Origin: the human T2T-CHM13v2.0 reference genome, Homo sapiens
Strand: one strand, 5' to 3'
Length of the DNA stretch: 64,000 nucleotides
NCBI RefSeq assembly: GCF_009914755.1
Contig: NC_060940.1
Made by a program: the position numbers and the translations under genes. Below the pieces are notes generated by a model, which saw only the letters and a list, made by a program, of their open reading frames with translations, was not told the DNA's origin and searched no databases. Below are positions 30,860 through 46,500 of the stretch, in pieces (the stretch's first letter is position 1; every line of letters starts with the position of its first letter).

Positions 30860-31484
30860 ATCTCAGATTGTGCCCTTCCCCTACTTGAAACATGTTCACT
30901 GTGACTTCTGGTTACCCTTGGAAATAAAGCCCTGGTGTTTCCCCATGGCCTGGAGGCTCTCTGTGAACAGGCCTCCGCCCCAACTCTGTCTGCTTCACAC
31001 ACCCCCGCCTCACACCCAGGCTCCAGCAGCCTTGGGCCTGCCCTCTCCTTCCAATCCACCAACCTCATTCCTACCTCTCCAAAACCCTCTTCCTCCAGTT
31101 TTTCACATTGCTTCTCCACATTCAGATTTCAGCCCTAATGTCACTTTCTCAGCAAGACTTTCCCTCACCCAACAATCTGGAGGAGGCCTGTTCCCTCCCA
31201 CCCCAGTCACTATCACATCATCCTTTTTCATTTCAGAGCACATCTCACTGTAAGAAATGATCTTGTTTACATGTATATTATGTCTCCCCAGTTTATCTGA
31301 AAATTCTTATCTGTCCTGTTTACACTATATCCCCAGTACATAAAAATGTGCCATATATATTTTTTTGTTTTTTTAAACAGAAACATAGCTTACAGTTTTT
31401 TTGTTTTGTTGTTTAAGCTTACAGTTTTTAAACTTTTTATTTGGAGATAATTATAGACTCACAGGAATTTGTAAAATAGTACAG

Positions 31485-33483
31485 AAAACAGAAGAACAAT
31501 AGAGAAAGTCAATGAAATCAAAAGTTGGTTCTTTGAGAGGATTAACACATTGGCAAACCTTTAGCTAAACTAACCAAAAAAAGATGGGGGAGAAGATTAA
31601 AATTACTAAAATCAAGAATGATAGAGAGAACATTGCTATTGACCTTACAGAAATAAAAAGGATTACAAGAGAAAATGAAATTAAGAAACAATTATGTTTA
31701 CAGTAGCATCAAAAGAATAAAATACTTAGAAATATATTTAACAAAAGAAGTACAAAATGTTTACTCTGAAAACTACAAAACATTGTTGAAAGAAACCTAA
31801 GATCTAAGAAACTGGAAAAGCATCCCCTGTTCATGGATCAGAAGACAACATTGTCGAGATGGTAATACTTCCCCAAACTGACCTACAGATTCAGCAAAAT
31901 CACTATCAGAATCTCTGCTGATTTCTTTGTACAAGTTGACAAGCTGATTCTTCAATTTATAGGGAATTTCAAGGGACTTGGAAAGCTAAAACATTATTGA
32001 AAAAGAATAAAGTAGAACTCACACTTCAATTTCAAAACATACGCCAACTCTGCAGTAATAAAGACTGCATGGTACTGGCATAGGATAGACATATAGATCA
32101 ATGAAATAGAATTGAGCATCCATAAGTAAACCCATGGATTTATAGTCAATTGATTCCAACAAGGATACCACAACTGTTCAATGGGAGAAGCATAGTCATT
32201 CAAAAAATGGCCTTGGGACAAATGCGTTTCCACATGCGAGAAAATGAAGGTGGACTTCCACCATATGCCTTATGCAAAACTAACTCAATGGATCAAAGAC
32301 CTAAATGTAAGAGCTAAAACTTTCAAACTCTTAGAAGAAGACAAAGGTGTAAATCTTGATAGCCTTGAATTTGTCAATGAAGTCTTAGCTATGACATCCA
32401 AAGCACAAACAACCAAAAACAAGAAAAAACGGATAAGTCAGACTTCATCAAAATTAAAAACATTTTTGCTTCAGATGACACTGTCAAGAAAGTAAAAATA
32501 CAACCTACAAAAGGGAGAAAATATCTGCACATCATATATCTGATAAGGGTCTAATATTCAGAATATACAAAGAAAAAAACCGTAATGACAAAAAGATGAA
32601 CAACCCAATTAAAATATGGCCAAAGGACTTTGAATAGACATTTCTCCAAGAAAATGTACAAATGGCTAATGAGCACATTAAAGATACTTAACATCATAAG
32701 TTGTTAGGGAAATGCAAATCAAAACCGCAATGAGATATCACTTCACACCCACTAGGACAGCTGTAATTTTAAAAAAGAAAAGAGAAAATAAGTATTGGTG
32801 AGCATGTGGAGAAATTGGAACCTTCATTCTTTGCTTGTGGAAATGTAAAATGGTGCAGCCCCTGTGGAAAACAGCTTAGCAATTTCTCAAAAAGGTAAAT
32901 GTAGGGTTACCCATGACCTAGCAATTCCATTCCTAGGTGCATACCCAGGATAACTAAAAACATACATTTATTTAAAAAAAAAAAAAACTTGTACATGCAT
33001 GTTCATAGCAGCATTATTCAGAATAGCCAAAAAGTAGTAGAAACAGCCAGATGTCCATCAATGGATGAATAAAGAAAATGTAGTATTTCCACAAAATGGA
33101 ATATTATTCAGCCCTAAAAAGGAAAGAACTATTGCTACATGCTACAACCTGGATGAACCTTGAAAACATTATGCCAAGTGAAGGAAGCCAGACACAGAAG
33201 GCTATATGTTGTATAATTTCATTTCATTTATATGAAATGTCCCGAATAGGCAAATCTGAAGGCAGAAAGTAGATTAGTCATTGCCAGGGGCTGGGAGGAA
33301 GCAGGAATGGGGAGAGACTGCTAATGAATGTGGTTATCTTTTGGAGGGTGGTGAAAATGTACTGGAAGAAGATAATGGTAATGGTTGAAAAACCTTGTGA
33401 ATATACTAAAACACCAGTGAACTGAACGCTTTAAAATGGCGAACTTTATGCTATATGAATTATATCTCAATTAAAAAAAAAAA
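31485..33483 (+). mobile_element. L1MB-like LINE (ORF2 remnant + 3' UTR, internally deleted)
   Basis: aaagttggttctttgagaggatt..., ttcatggatcagaagacaacattg, tggatcaaagacctaaatgtaagagctaaaac; ends tgaattatatctcaattaaaaaaaaaaa. Confidence 0.92.
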
Positions 33484-34270
<787 letters not shown>

Positions 34271-34639
34271 TAATTTATTAAATTGGAGCTACTTCTGAGG
34301 GCAGCGCAGTATCTCCCTGCAGGTTGCTATTCAGTGTTATGTTAATACTGGAGTTAAAAAGCCACCTTTGGTTTAGGAGTTAGAAAGTTACCTGCTCAGA
34401 GAAGCCTGCTTTAACCATTCATTCTAAAATAGCTGTTCCATGGGCCATTAATAATTCTCTCTTATTTTTTTCCTAGAATGTGTCCCTACTTGATTTTTTT
34501 TTTCTTGGAAACATTACCTGTTTGCCTTCCCTCATAGCACAGAGCTGCTAGGACCTGGTGGGTCAGGTTCCCTTGCACATGCCCCGGGTCTGGCTCAGCA
34601 TCAGTCTCCTAGGAGGGACCCTGTACAGTGTTTGTTGGG

Positions 34640-35100
34640 CAAGTTATGGAGTAGATATGTCAGTGCCTGCTTCCACCCTTTTGCCCTAGCACTTCAGGGC
34701 ATGCTGACTGCTTTTCTGAATGGCAGCACTGAGATTTCTTTCCTGGAGGATTCTTTTTGTGGCCTCCAGGGCCCGCTTTACCTTCCATACAGAGAGAAAT
34801 AGAAGCCCCCCAGGAGCAGCACTCAACCAACATTGGGAGTTGGTATTTATACCCCAACTCCCGGGCCCCATTGGTGCAGTCACTCTGAGGCCTGTTCCAC
34901 CCTGGCTCCCAGATTCCCTGGGGGGATTAAGCTCCAGTTGCCCACAGGAGCAGCTGTCTTGAAAACATACCCTTTATGAGCCACCTTCCCTGCCTTGTCT
35001 CACTTCTTCACTCTCCCATTGATATTTTCTGCTCTGTCTAAATAAGCTACTTACATGTGGATCCTTGCCTCAGGGTCTGCTTCTAGGGGAATCCAGAGAC
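34640..35100 (+). mobile_element. LTR16-like ERVL solo LTR
   Basis: ctcaaccaa..tgggagttggt..ggctcccaga.tccct..aagctccagttgcccacag..aaataagctactt..atccttgcctcagggtctgcttctagggga. Confidence 0.78.
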
Positions 35101-35141
35101 AGAATGAATTAATGCATGAAAGATGGAGGCTCGGATCCTCA

Positions 35142-35504
<363 letters not shown>

Positions 35505-36304
35505 TTATCCGCAGGTTAATGTTCTTTGACTTTGAACACCACAATTCCCGCTTAGCCCTCCTGTTATTCCTCCTGCTGACAGAAATGTGAAGGGAAATCA
35601 ATTACAGTCCCCTAGCCCACATCTAAGGGTCAGCCATCAGTCTCTTCCTTTGTCAGGCAGCCACAGTGCCCCATTTTAGGCCCCCACTCAGCAAAGGAAT
35701 GAGACTCACCCGCTGGATTTGGGGATGTGGTTTCTTGACCCCTCGCAGCTGCCCAGAGCACTAGAAGTTCTTGTAGAGCTGGAGAAACTTGCCAGAATAA
35801 GTCAGAACCCCTTGAACTCATCGTTCCCCCTTAACAAAAGCCACCTCCTCCCTCCTGAAAGGCACCATTGTCACCAAAACAAGTCCCCTTTGTCCTCCAC
35901 CGCAGCTGGAGCCTGGGCCTTCCATCTCCTGGGGGCCAATAAAACCCCAGATCAGCCAATCCTCCCTCCCTGGCTCTGTCAAGTAGCAGGCACGTTCCTG
36001 GTGACGGGGAGTCTGTTGAGATGTTCTCAAATGCAGGGTGATGCCCCTTTGAGATAAAAGGGACAACTCAGCCAGTGTCAGGCCTGCAGAGGTTGCTTAT
36101 TGGCAGATGGGACTTGCTGCTGCTGCTCAGCCCCTAAACAAGGACTGCAGACTCAATGCCTACAGGGGCCAGGCCAAGGCAGAAGAGGGAAGCAAGGTGG
36201 ATATGAAGCAGTAGGGAGTGGTGGGGACCCTGGAGCCCTGGGAAATGGCGGGCTTCAAGGGCTGCACACTCTTGGCTCCAGGAAACGGCCATCAGGGCTC
36301 CTGA

Positions 36305-36967
<663 letters not shown>

Positions 36968-37094
36968 TGAATCTCCCCATTTTTAAATGTTGGCAATGAA
37001 TTTGTGTTTGCTTTGTTGTTGTTGTTGTTGTTGTTTACACTGGATGAACCAAACAAATACCTGTGTAAGCCAGACCCAGCTTACAGTCTCTTCT

Positions 37095-37387
37095 CTGTTT
37101 GTTTGTTTGTTTGTTTTTTCCTGGAGACGGAGTTTGGAGTTCAATGGCACGATCTCAGCCCACTGCAACATCCACCTCACGAGTTCAAGCTATTCTCCTG
37201 CCTCCGCCTCCTGAGTAGCTGGGATTACAGGCATGCACCACCACGCCCAGCTAATTTTTGCATTATTAGTAGAGACAGGGTTTCTCTGTGTTGGCCAGGC
37301 TGGTCTCGAGCTCCTGACCTCAGGTGATCCACCTGCCTCCACCTCCCAAAGTGCTGGGATTACAGACATAAGCCACAGCACCTGGCC
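37095..37387 (-). mobile_element. Alu (S-like)
   Basis: Antisense dimer, TSD tacagtctc. Confidence 0.95.
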
Positions 37388-38555
37388 TACAGTCTCCTCC
37401 CTAAAGCTTTAATGAAAGGGCAGACATTAGGAGGCACACTCCATGTGTGTGCATTCATGTAGTCATTTATTTATTACACAAAGGGTTTTGTTCTTTTTTT
37501 TTTTTTTTTTTTTGGCATCTTCCATGTGCCAAGGAACTATGCTAAAAGCCTAGGATTCTGGAATAACCAGACACAACCCCTTCCCTTGAGCTCACGGCTG
37601 AATGGGGGCCTGACATGGACGTGAAAAGAGATGATCGTGGGACACCGAGGTAGGCACCAAGCTTGGGGACTGCAAGTAGCTGAGGGCACTTGGATTTAAC
37701 TGAATTCCCCAGATTGAGAAGGTTAAGAAGAGAATTGCAAGCAAGCAGAGGCCCAGCCTGTGCCAAGGCACTGGGTCGAGCCAGCGTGGACGCGTTTGGG
37801 AGCAGCTGTGAGTTTTGTCCCACTGGAGAGTGAATAGGTATTGTAGAAAGCCAAGAGGAGGCGGCTGGGGCTGAGAAAAGTCCCCTGGTTTGGGTTTTTC
37901 CATCTGTACCCAAAGCACTCATGACATGCAATTTTGTCCGTGTGAATGAGAATGACAGCAAGGCGTCTCTGTTCACCTGCCCCTGGGGCCTCCATCAGGG
38001 GGAGTCTGCAAACTGAAGCCTCCAAGCTTGGAAACCCTGAAAGGAACAGAATAAATCCCAGGGCTCAGTGCCCTGGCCCTGGCCCAACCAACGACTGAGC
38101 TAGTAGCTTTCTTTCTTTTCTATTTTAAAATTTTAAAAATTCATCAGGGTTTTACAAAAGAAAATCAAAGGCTCTGTTTGCCAGGTTAATCAAATAGCGT
38201 CCCATCCTTCTCTCTAGCGTCTTTCCCCTCCCCCAGCGCTCTCCTCAAAGCCGATTAAGTTGATGAAAATAAAGCCCGCTGCATTTTAAATTCCGTCTGG
38301 TTGGCAGATCAGAGGGGTCCGTGTGGCAGCTTTGTGCAGGGGGTGGGATGGGGTCAGTAGCCTGCTGTGAAGTGCCGTCCAGACGGGGTGATCTGAGTCC
38401 CCAGCCTGGGTGATGGCAACGGGGTGGCCTGGCTGTCTGCCCTGAGCCCTCACCAGGCCTCTCCTGGTTTTCGTGAGCCAAAGAGCCGCTGCCATTTTAC
38501 TTTGGGGAGAGGCAGAAATGTGCCTAATGATTTCCTTCTCTTGCTGGCCTTCTAG

Positions 38556-38693
38556 GGCAAGAAAGACTCCTCCCCGTGGACCTGCCCCTTCCACCCACCA
38601 CTCCAGCTGTTTTTTGTTATTCGAAACACAAGACAGCTGGGGGACTTCCATCTGGCCAAGATCAAGGTTCGGAATTACTGGACAGCTGATGGC
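38556..38693 (+). CDS. KATNIP: KATNIP internal coding exon (138 nt; probably exon 14)
   Basis: Acceptor ggccttctAG|GGC, donor GGC|GTaagt; GKKDSSPWTCPFHPPLQLFFVIRNTRQLGDFHLAKIKVRNYWTADG; phase 0-0; missed by the ORF track. Confidence 0.95.
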
Positions 38694-39067
38694 GTAAGTA
38701 ACAGGCGCTGGTTCCCCACTGGGCACTGGGTTGATGGAAGCACTTAGCAGTTTGCCAATAGCCTGATTCCTAAAGTTGCAAAATGGATACACGGAAGCCC
38801 TGCTGGCCTCGTGTGTGCAGCAAGAGCCTGCTGGTAGGTTCACACTGCATTCTCATAGCCCCCAGGGACAGAGCTTCCGGCTGCTGGTGTTGGGAGGTGG
38901 TATCAGGCCACCCTTGGGGGAACTGGAAAAATGTAAGCTGAGACTCAGTTTTACAGATAAGGAAACAGACACAGAGAGGTTATGTAACTTGCCCCAAGTC
39001 ACAGCCAGTCAGTGTCAGAATGAGAATGTGAACGCCTGCATTTGGACTCCAGGCCCTTTCTCTTAGC

Positions 39068-39232
39068 CTTCACTTCTCAAATGTTAACTTGCACTGACTC
39101 ATCTGCGGGATCTTGCTAAAATGCAGGTTCTAATTCAGCAGGTCTGGAGCAGGGCCTGAGATTCTGTAGGTCTAGCCAGCTCCCAGGCATCCCAATCTTC
39201 CTGTTCTGTGGACCTCACTGTGTCTAGCCAGG
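39068..39232. mobile_element. MER5A/B hAT MITE
   Basis: cttctcaaa..atcttgctaaaatgcaggttctaattcagcaggtctgg..ggcctgagattctg..agctcccagg. Confidence 0.8.
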
Positions 39233-39281
39233 CTCTTAACCTCTGACTATTGTGCCCCTCTGGTTCTATTTTTTATTTTTT

Positions 39282-39390
39282 AAAAGACTAGTCAAGTACA
39301 GTAATGAGAAGGGGTGATAGAATGGAAAAAGGAGTTAGATCTGTAACTGACTGTGATCAATTGAGATAACTTGCTACCTTTGGACCCACC
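39282..39390 (-). pseudogene. hY1 (RNY1) Y RNA processed pseudogene
   Basis: Reverse complement matches hY1 as recalled (GGTCC.AAGGTAG..AGTTATCTCAATTGA...CACAGTCAGTTACAGATC...CTTGACTAGTCTTTT), about 13 substitutions and a 4-nt deletion; A-tail at 39266-39281; TSD cctctggtt (39257-39265) / cctccggtt (39392-39400). Confidence 0.93.
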
Positions 39391-39684
39391 ACCTCCGGTT
39401 GCAGGATCCACACCCTCCTTTCTAACCTCACACTATCTACCCTCATGCTGCTGCCTGTGCCCACACCCTTTCCTTCCTTCTCTGGGCTGTTTTTCATGCA
39501 CTCATAGTTCTATCAGGGAACTAAATAGTGAGGAAGGACAGGAATTCACTTGGCCTATCTGCCCCTCTTATGGTAGACATAGGGGCAAGAGTTGTACTTT
39601 CCTTTCAAATCTGTAAGGGAAGCGATCGTTCAAGTGAGATTATAAATAGGAATGGAGCCTCACCTTCAGTCTTGCTAGAGACAT

Positions 39685-39945
39685 TAGGGAGTGGTGGGGA
39701 CTATGGCAGACTGGCAAGCCCATGCCTCAGGGAAAAGGAAGGCCACTTTTCAGCTTCAACTAAGGGTTGCTTTGTAGAATACCAGCCAGTTCTGCTAGAT
39801 CTTCCCAACATGCCCAGTGAGCTGGATATCTGAGTTTTGACATGAGCCTTCCTTATGTGTAAATGTCAGTAGCTAATTTAAGTTCTTTTTAAACCACCAT
39901 ACAATTCAAACAAAACTCTTCTTTGGGCTGGAACTAGCCTGCCCT
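39685..39945 (+). mobile_element. MER102-like hAT element
   Basis: agggagtggtggggactatggcagactgg..tgctagatcttcc..taaatgtcagtagctaatt..caaacaaaac..gggctgga. Confidence 0.7.
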
Positions 39946-40179
39946 AGACTGCGTGGAGTGTGGAGAAAGGAGCCCGCCTCAGGCTGGGAGAGATCAGGGA
40001 AGGTTCTTGAAGGAACACACACCTAAGCTGTGATGGCAAAGGACAATGGCAGTCAGCCAAGGCAGGAAAGGAGAAAGTGTATCCTGGGTGGAGGGCCCTG
40101 CGTGTTCACAGGCATGGAGGTGTGAAAGAACACAGCCTCCTAATCGCTCCCTTCAGTCTGTCTCCAGCAGCCACCAGGG

Positions 40180-40645
40180 CGATCCAATCACACATCTCTG
40201 CTGCTTCAAACCCTCAGAGCTTCCCCTTGGCCCAGAGGATCAAGGTCAACCCCCTGAGTGTGACATCAGAGCCTCCTAATCCCCTCATGCCAGGCCTTGC
40301 CTCTCTCTTGTCAGAATGCAGGCTGCCCTGGCTTTCCATCCCGTGAACATAGCAGTGATCCCTTTATCCCTGTCCCCCCTCCACCCCCATCTCACTCAAC
40401 TCAGAATGCCCATCTCTGCCTGATATTCCTGGAAACACAGACGTCACTTTCTCCAGGAAGCCAACCCTGCCCCCTGCCCCCTGCCCCTTGCGCTTCTCTG
40501 GGACCTCATGAACATGTTCCACCATCTCCTGACCAGAATTTATGGCTACTTTCCCAGGCCGCCATGGACCTCTTAAGAGTCATCTCCACCCCTGCCCTAG
40601 TGAAAGGAGAAATACGTGGTTGATGAATGAATGAATGAATGAATG
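40180..40645 (+). mobile_element. L2 3' end with (TGAA)n tail
   Basis: gcttcaaaccctcagagcttcccc..aggatcaagg..ttgatgaatgaatgaatgaatga. Confidence 0.65.
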
Positions 40646-42974
40646 AGCTCATGTTCCTAATAATCCATAAGCAGTTGTGTTATCCTTACTGATATCCAGA
40701 TGAGAGGATAGGAGAGGCTAGGTGGCTTGCACGAGACCACATGGCAGGTTGGAGGCAGAGCGGGGAACCTAGTCCCAGAGAGGCAGTCCTCCCTTCCTCC
40801 CTTCCTCCCTCCCTCCCTCCTTCCCATCCTCCCTTCCTGAGCTGCTTCTTGCTAGTTCTGCCACCCACCAGCTGTCCATCCACCTAGTGATCACGTCGTG
40901 AGCACCTGTCAGTTGCGAGGCACCTCGAGTCAGGAAACTAACAGGACAGGCAGCCCCGGCCAGCTGTGTGTACGCACAGTGCTGCCCAGAGCTTTCTCTG
41001 ATTTCTGATCGTTGAGGTTGTTTGTTTGCTTGTTTGTTTTTAAACAAACATCTGAAGTTTAAACTTGAGAAAAAGAAGGCCAAGCCACTGGGAACTTGCG
41101 GAAATTTCTCTGGGCATGTCTCTGCTTGCCAGCCCTGGCCTCTTGTGTGCTCAGAGGCTGACCCTCAGACCCCGGAATGCAGCCCCAGCCCACATAGCCA
41201 TGGCACACTAAGAGCTTCTGGGGTCGGGTCCTCTCATTCCAAGTCCCACTCAGTGCTTCCTGGCAGGTGGCCATCGTCACCCTCTTCTGGAATGGGCAAT
41301 GGAACAATGCCAGCAGCCCGTGGCTGTGCCCTGCAGCTCGGCCCTGTCATTGAATATATATCTCAGGGCAAGGAAAGCAGATTTTATGTGCAGGATTACA
41401 ACAAAGATAAGCTTCATCCCTTTTGGCCAGGGCCTGCCTTTCTTCTTTAACCTATGCTCAGCCTTCCTTGTGCTTATAGAATGGTTTAAAAAGGCACAGG
41501 GTCTTAAGAGTCCCTCAGGAGCATGGGGTGTCATCATGGGTGCTTGGGGGAGCTGTTGGCTGCAGGGATTTGAGAGCCGAGGTCTTTCCACACCCAGGGT
41601 GGAGTGTGGAGGACTGCGGTTCCTGCCAGGGCACCGCTTATGTAACACAAACCCAATCTGTTGCCAGAATTTACCAGGAGCAGAAAAGCGCAAACAAATG
41701 CAGCTGCAGGTTGGTTTGATTTAATATTCTCCAGAGGATGCTATTACTGTGTGTTTTAGAGGAGATAAAATGAGAGTTTATAGGAAATATAGCTCGGCCT
41801 GGTAGACAAGGCTTGTTAATAGTGTTTTGTGTATGGGAATCTGAAGAAGAAAAGTTAAATGTGGGCAGCTAATCCAACCAGGGCTTATTTAGAACAGAAG
41901 AAAGGAAGGGACTAGAAAAAGGGGAGTCTCTTTTATTGGGCAATGTGCTGCCTGTGAAATCCTCATGCTAGCATTTATGGGCTCCTTTCCCCCTAACTTG
42001 GTGATTCTGTAAGTGTCAGCTGGGCCAGAGGAGAGGGATGGGAGAGGTGAAGTGAGGACGTGGAGGCTGCACCACCACTACAGCAGTGCACAGAAGGCAG
42101 CACACAGATGCCTCTACTTGTGACAGCTGCCATTTATTGAATGCCGCAGGTATCAGGCACGTATAGGCACCCTGTGGGCACTCAGTAAATATTCAATGCA
42201 TGAATGAATAACTGAACAAATGAATCATCTCAATTAACCCCCAGTGATCCTATGAGGCAGGTGGTGGTATTTCCCATCTTATAGACGAAGAAGCCAGAAC
42301 TTAGGACAGTGAGATCCCAGATGGCAAATCGGCTGTGTCTCTTTTGCCAACTCGGATGGGAAACAGCTTGCTGGAGTGCCGTCCTGAGAAAGATCTGGAA
42401 CCTTCTTTCTGGTTCATCGAGGAAAGGGTGTGATGATTGATCAGCCACGTCTGCCGTGGGCTCAGGAGGATGTGATAACATGTGTGTCGTATCTTTTGGT
42501 GTTCCCCAGATTAAGTGACTTGCCCAGCTAGCAGGTGGTAAGAGACAAAGCCGGGAAGGGAAATTTGAGGTCCGCTTGTCTTTCTCTGGTTTTTCACAGC
42601 ACTGCTTCTCCTGCAGAGTGGCATCTGTTGGGAGGAAGAAACCGATAGTCTCCCTTCTATAGTAGGTAATAACTCATCCAAAAAGTGGGCTTCCAGCAGC
42701 TCCCCATGGTCCATCTGTTTGCCTTTATAATAGTCATGTTAGTTATGTGTGACAGTACAGATAAGCACACCATCCCCATCATCCACAGCGTCACCACGCA
42801 AGTGCCGCCTCCAGCCTGGTCACACCAGGAAGTGGGACAGCAGTGAGCATCCAGGCAGGACAGGCACCCAGGGTATATTTTATATACAGAAAGGCACTCG
42901 TTAAATTGTTTTTGATAAATGAATGCTACATTTCCCCAGGGGCATGTTTCTGTGACATGTCATGTGGTCTAGGC

Positions 42975-43316
42975 CAGGGGTCCCCAGCCCCCAGGCCACA
43001 GACCAGTACCAGTCTGTGGCCTGTTAGGAACCAGACTGCACAGTAGGAGGTGAGCACCAGATGAGCCAGCATGACCGCCTGAGCTCTGCCCTCCTGTCAG
43101 ATCAGCAGCGGCATGAGATTCTCATAGGCATGGGAACCCTACTGGGAATTGCACATGCGAAGGATCTAGGCTGCACGCTCCTTATGAGAATCTAATGCCT
43201 GATGATCTGAGATGAAACAGTTTCATCCCAAAACCATCCCCACCCCTGCCACCATCCATGGGAAAATTATCTTCCACAAAACCAGTCCCTGGTGCCCAAA
43301 AGGTTGGGGACCGCTG
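42975..43316 (+). mobile_element. MER1B hAT-Charlie MITE, full length
   Basis: TIRs caggggtcccca / tggggaccgctg; 8-bp TSD gtctaggc (42967-42974) / gtgtaggc (43317-43324). Confidence 0.93.
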
Positions 43317-43324
43317 GTGTAGGC

Positions 43325-43530
43325 CACCGCTGCTTGCTAGAACTTTCTGTGATGGTAGACATGTCCTGTATCTGCCCTGTTTGGTACAGTAATCACTAGA
43401 CACAGGTGGCTGTTGAGAATTTCACAAGCAGCTAGTGCCACTGAGACACTGACTGCACTTTACATTGTAATTAATTAATTTTAGTTTTAAGTAGCCACAC
43501 GTGGCTGGTGACTACATAGGGGACCACATG
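43325..43530. mobile_element. MER3 hAT MITE
   Basis: tagaactttctgtgatg..tatctgccctgt..cactagacaca.gtggct.ttgag..tagccacacgtggctggtgactac. Confidence 0.8.
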
Positions 43531-44166
43531 AGTCTCAGTGCTGAGGGTACAGTGGTGAACAAATAGACAAGGCCCTGTCCCCTCTGTTGGGGAAGGGACA
43601 ATAAACAAGGATACAACGAATAATGTGATTTCAGGTCACACTAAGTGTTCCGAAGACAATAACACAGGACAGTGAACGAGGGCCACAGGGAGGAGGAGGC
43701 TGGGCTGCTTGGAGCCAGGTGGCCAGAGGCCTTCCCCGAGCTCAGTGATGACCAGGAGCAGCCATGGGGCATCTGTGGGAAGGGCATTCCCCACAGGGCA
43801 CAGCAGGAGCAAAGGCCCTGCGGCAGGAGTTTGAGGACTGTGGTTTCGCCAAGTGGCTGGAGCATGGGGAACAAGGAGTGTCATGAGAGGTCCCAGAGGG
43901 AGGTGGGGACCAGATCCTGTGGGCCAGCAGGTTTGGATCTGATTCGGAGACAGGCAGAATATAGTATGGTCAGAGCCAGCCCATCTGAGACCATGTGGCC
44001 TGGGGCAGGTTACATCACATCTGTATACCTCAGCTTTATCTGAAAAATGGGATATTGTCCAGTGAATGCGTGTAAAGTGCTCTGAATCATTCCTTGGCCT
44101 CCTGCCCTCTGTACGAGGGTCAGCTATTAGTGTCATCGCCGGAGGCTTGTTAGCAGGGTGATGTGA

Positions 44167-44466
<300 letters not shown>

Positions 44467-45424
44467 TGATTGAGGAATTTAAAAGACTACTCTGGTTGAT
44501 TTGGAGAATGGATCAGGGGGCAGAGGGAGCCCCGAGAGAGGAGGCTCAAGGCATAGAACAGCCTAAGAACAGCCTCGCTGAAGATGGTGGTGGCCTGGAT
44601 GAGGGTGTCAGTGCTCTTGGGGTGCACTTTAGGTGGGCTCAACTCATCCTATGACCATTTGCATTTTCAGCAATGCCTTTTTCTGGAAAGAAGTTTTCAA
44701 ATGAATGCAAAAGTGAAGAGATTAGTTCAGTAATGAGGCGTGTATCCATCACCTGCTTCAATAATTACAAACATTCTGCTATTGTTGTTTCACGTATCCC
44801 CTTAACATTTGAAAGTAAATTGTAGCTATCACACTATTTCACTCATAAATCCTTCAGTATACATCTCTAACAAAAAAAGTTTGTTTGTTTATTTTTCTGT
44901 AACCTTGATGGCACTATCGTGCATGGCCATAATTAATTATCATGCTCTGATACCCACTTCATATTTAAACATTCCTAATTCTCTCAAAATTGTTTCTTTT
45001 ACACTTGGTTTGTTTGGATCTGATACAAACCAAGACCAAACATGTCAATGACTTGGAAGTCAAAGATGCAACCTTCATTTGGTCACCCGAGTCAGTGCGG
45101 CCTGATGGCTCTGCCCCATGGCAGGGTCTGGGCGCTGTGGGGGCCCGGGAAGTATGACGGGCATCTTAGCAGGGCAACTGGTGGAAAGGGGACTGACCCC
45201 ATTGCATGGGAAGCTTCCTGAACTGTGGGCCTCAGGCTTGGTCTAGGCCACTGCCAATGGCCAGAGGGCACTTTCCGTTGGGTGGGATGCAGTGAGTATA
45301 GTCTGTGGGCAGAGTCCTCACTCAGGTAGGTACAGGCACGGTAGCCATGAGAGTTCCAAGAGGGTCAGCTTTAAAGCGGGTCCCCAGCCAGCAGGGGAAG
45401 GAGAGGTGAACAGAGAATTCAGCC

Positions 45425-45740
<316 letters not shown>

Positions 45741-46049
45741 TAAAGAGAGCAGCCCCACAAGAACACTGGGATTCAGAGCCAGGCTCTACTCCTAAAGAGA
45801 ATGAAAGTGGACTCAGAGCCAGCATGGAAGCTGAGACCCATGTCCTGTGCTGTGCAGAGCAAGTGGGCGGGCTGCAGCTGGAAGTAGGCAGAGGCCTGGG
45901 CAGGGGAGGGCTGCTCACCCAGGTGTAAGTGCTGACTGGTGCAGCAGGAGAAATCACAGATTGTCTGGAGGGTGGAGCTTCCCACCTGCCTCCTGCCAGG
46001 ACTGACTCAGTAGCTGAGCCTGTTGATTGGAGTTCTCAGTAGCAGGGCT

Positions 46050-46500
46050 ATTTTATCAGCCAGGATTCTCTTGGTACCAAAGGACAGAAAACCCAATTAA
46101 AACTGGGTTAATCACACAATAGAAGTCTTTGGCTCATGTAAGAGAAGACGCTGGGTGGCTGGCTTTAGGTATGGTGGCATCCAGGAGTTCACATGATGTC
46201 ATCAGGAATCTGCCTCCCTCCATCACTTAGCTCTCTTCTCCTCTGTGCTGGCCTCATCCTCAGTTTCCACGTGGTAGCCCCCAATGGCATCAGGTTCATG
46301 CTTATTTCAGCAGCCCCCGCAGAAAGAGACTGTCCTCGTGAAAGCTGCAATCTAGCGCCCATTATTGGTCAGACCTGCATTGCTACCTGGGGTGGGCCCA
46401 CATTATCCACATGAGGTGAAATTAAGAGAAGGTTGGATTTTCAATGGGAAATTGAAGTGCTGCCTCTAAAAGGAGGAAAAATCATCAGGGAAGATAGAAA
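46050..46500 (-). mobile_element. Old MLT1J/K-like LTR
   Basis: caggattctcttggt..gacagaaaacccaattaaaactgg..ttggctcatgtaa..ggctttaggtatgg..atccagg. Confidence 0.65.

Noticed and set aside
30386-31253. ORFs of 172, 287 and 141 aa rich in Y/I/C/V/H/T
   Set aside because: Translations of the AT-rich minisatellite, which lacks stop codons by composition
31485-33483. Potentially active L1
   Set aside because: Truncated, internally deleted, ORF2 full of stops and frameshifts
38286-38843. 185-aa antisense ORF over the 138-nt exon
   Set aside because: Non-ATG start, no recognisable homology; consistent with an antisense shadow of coding sequence
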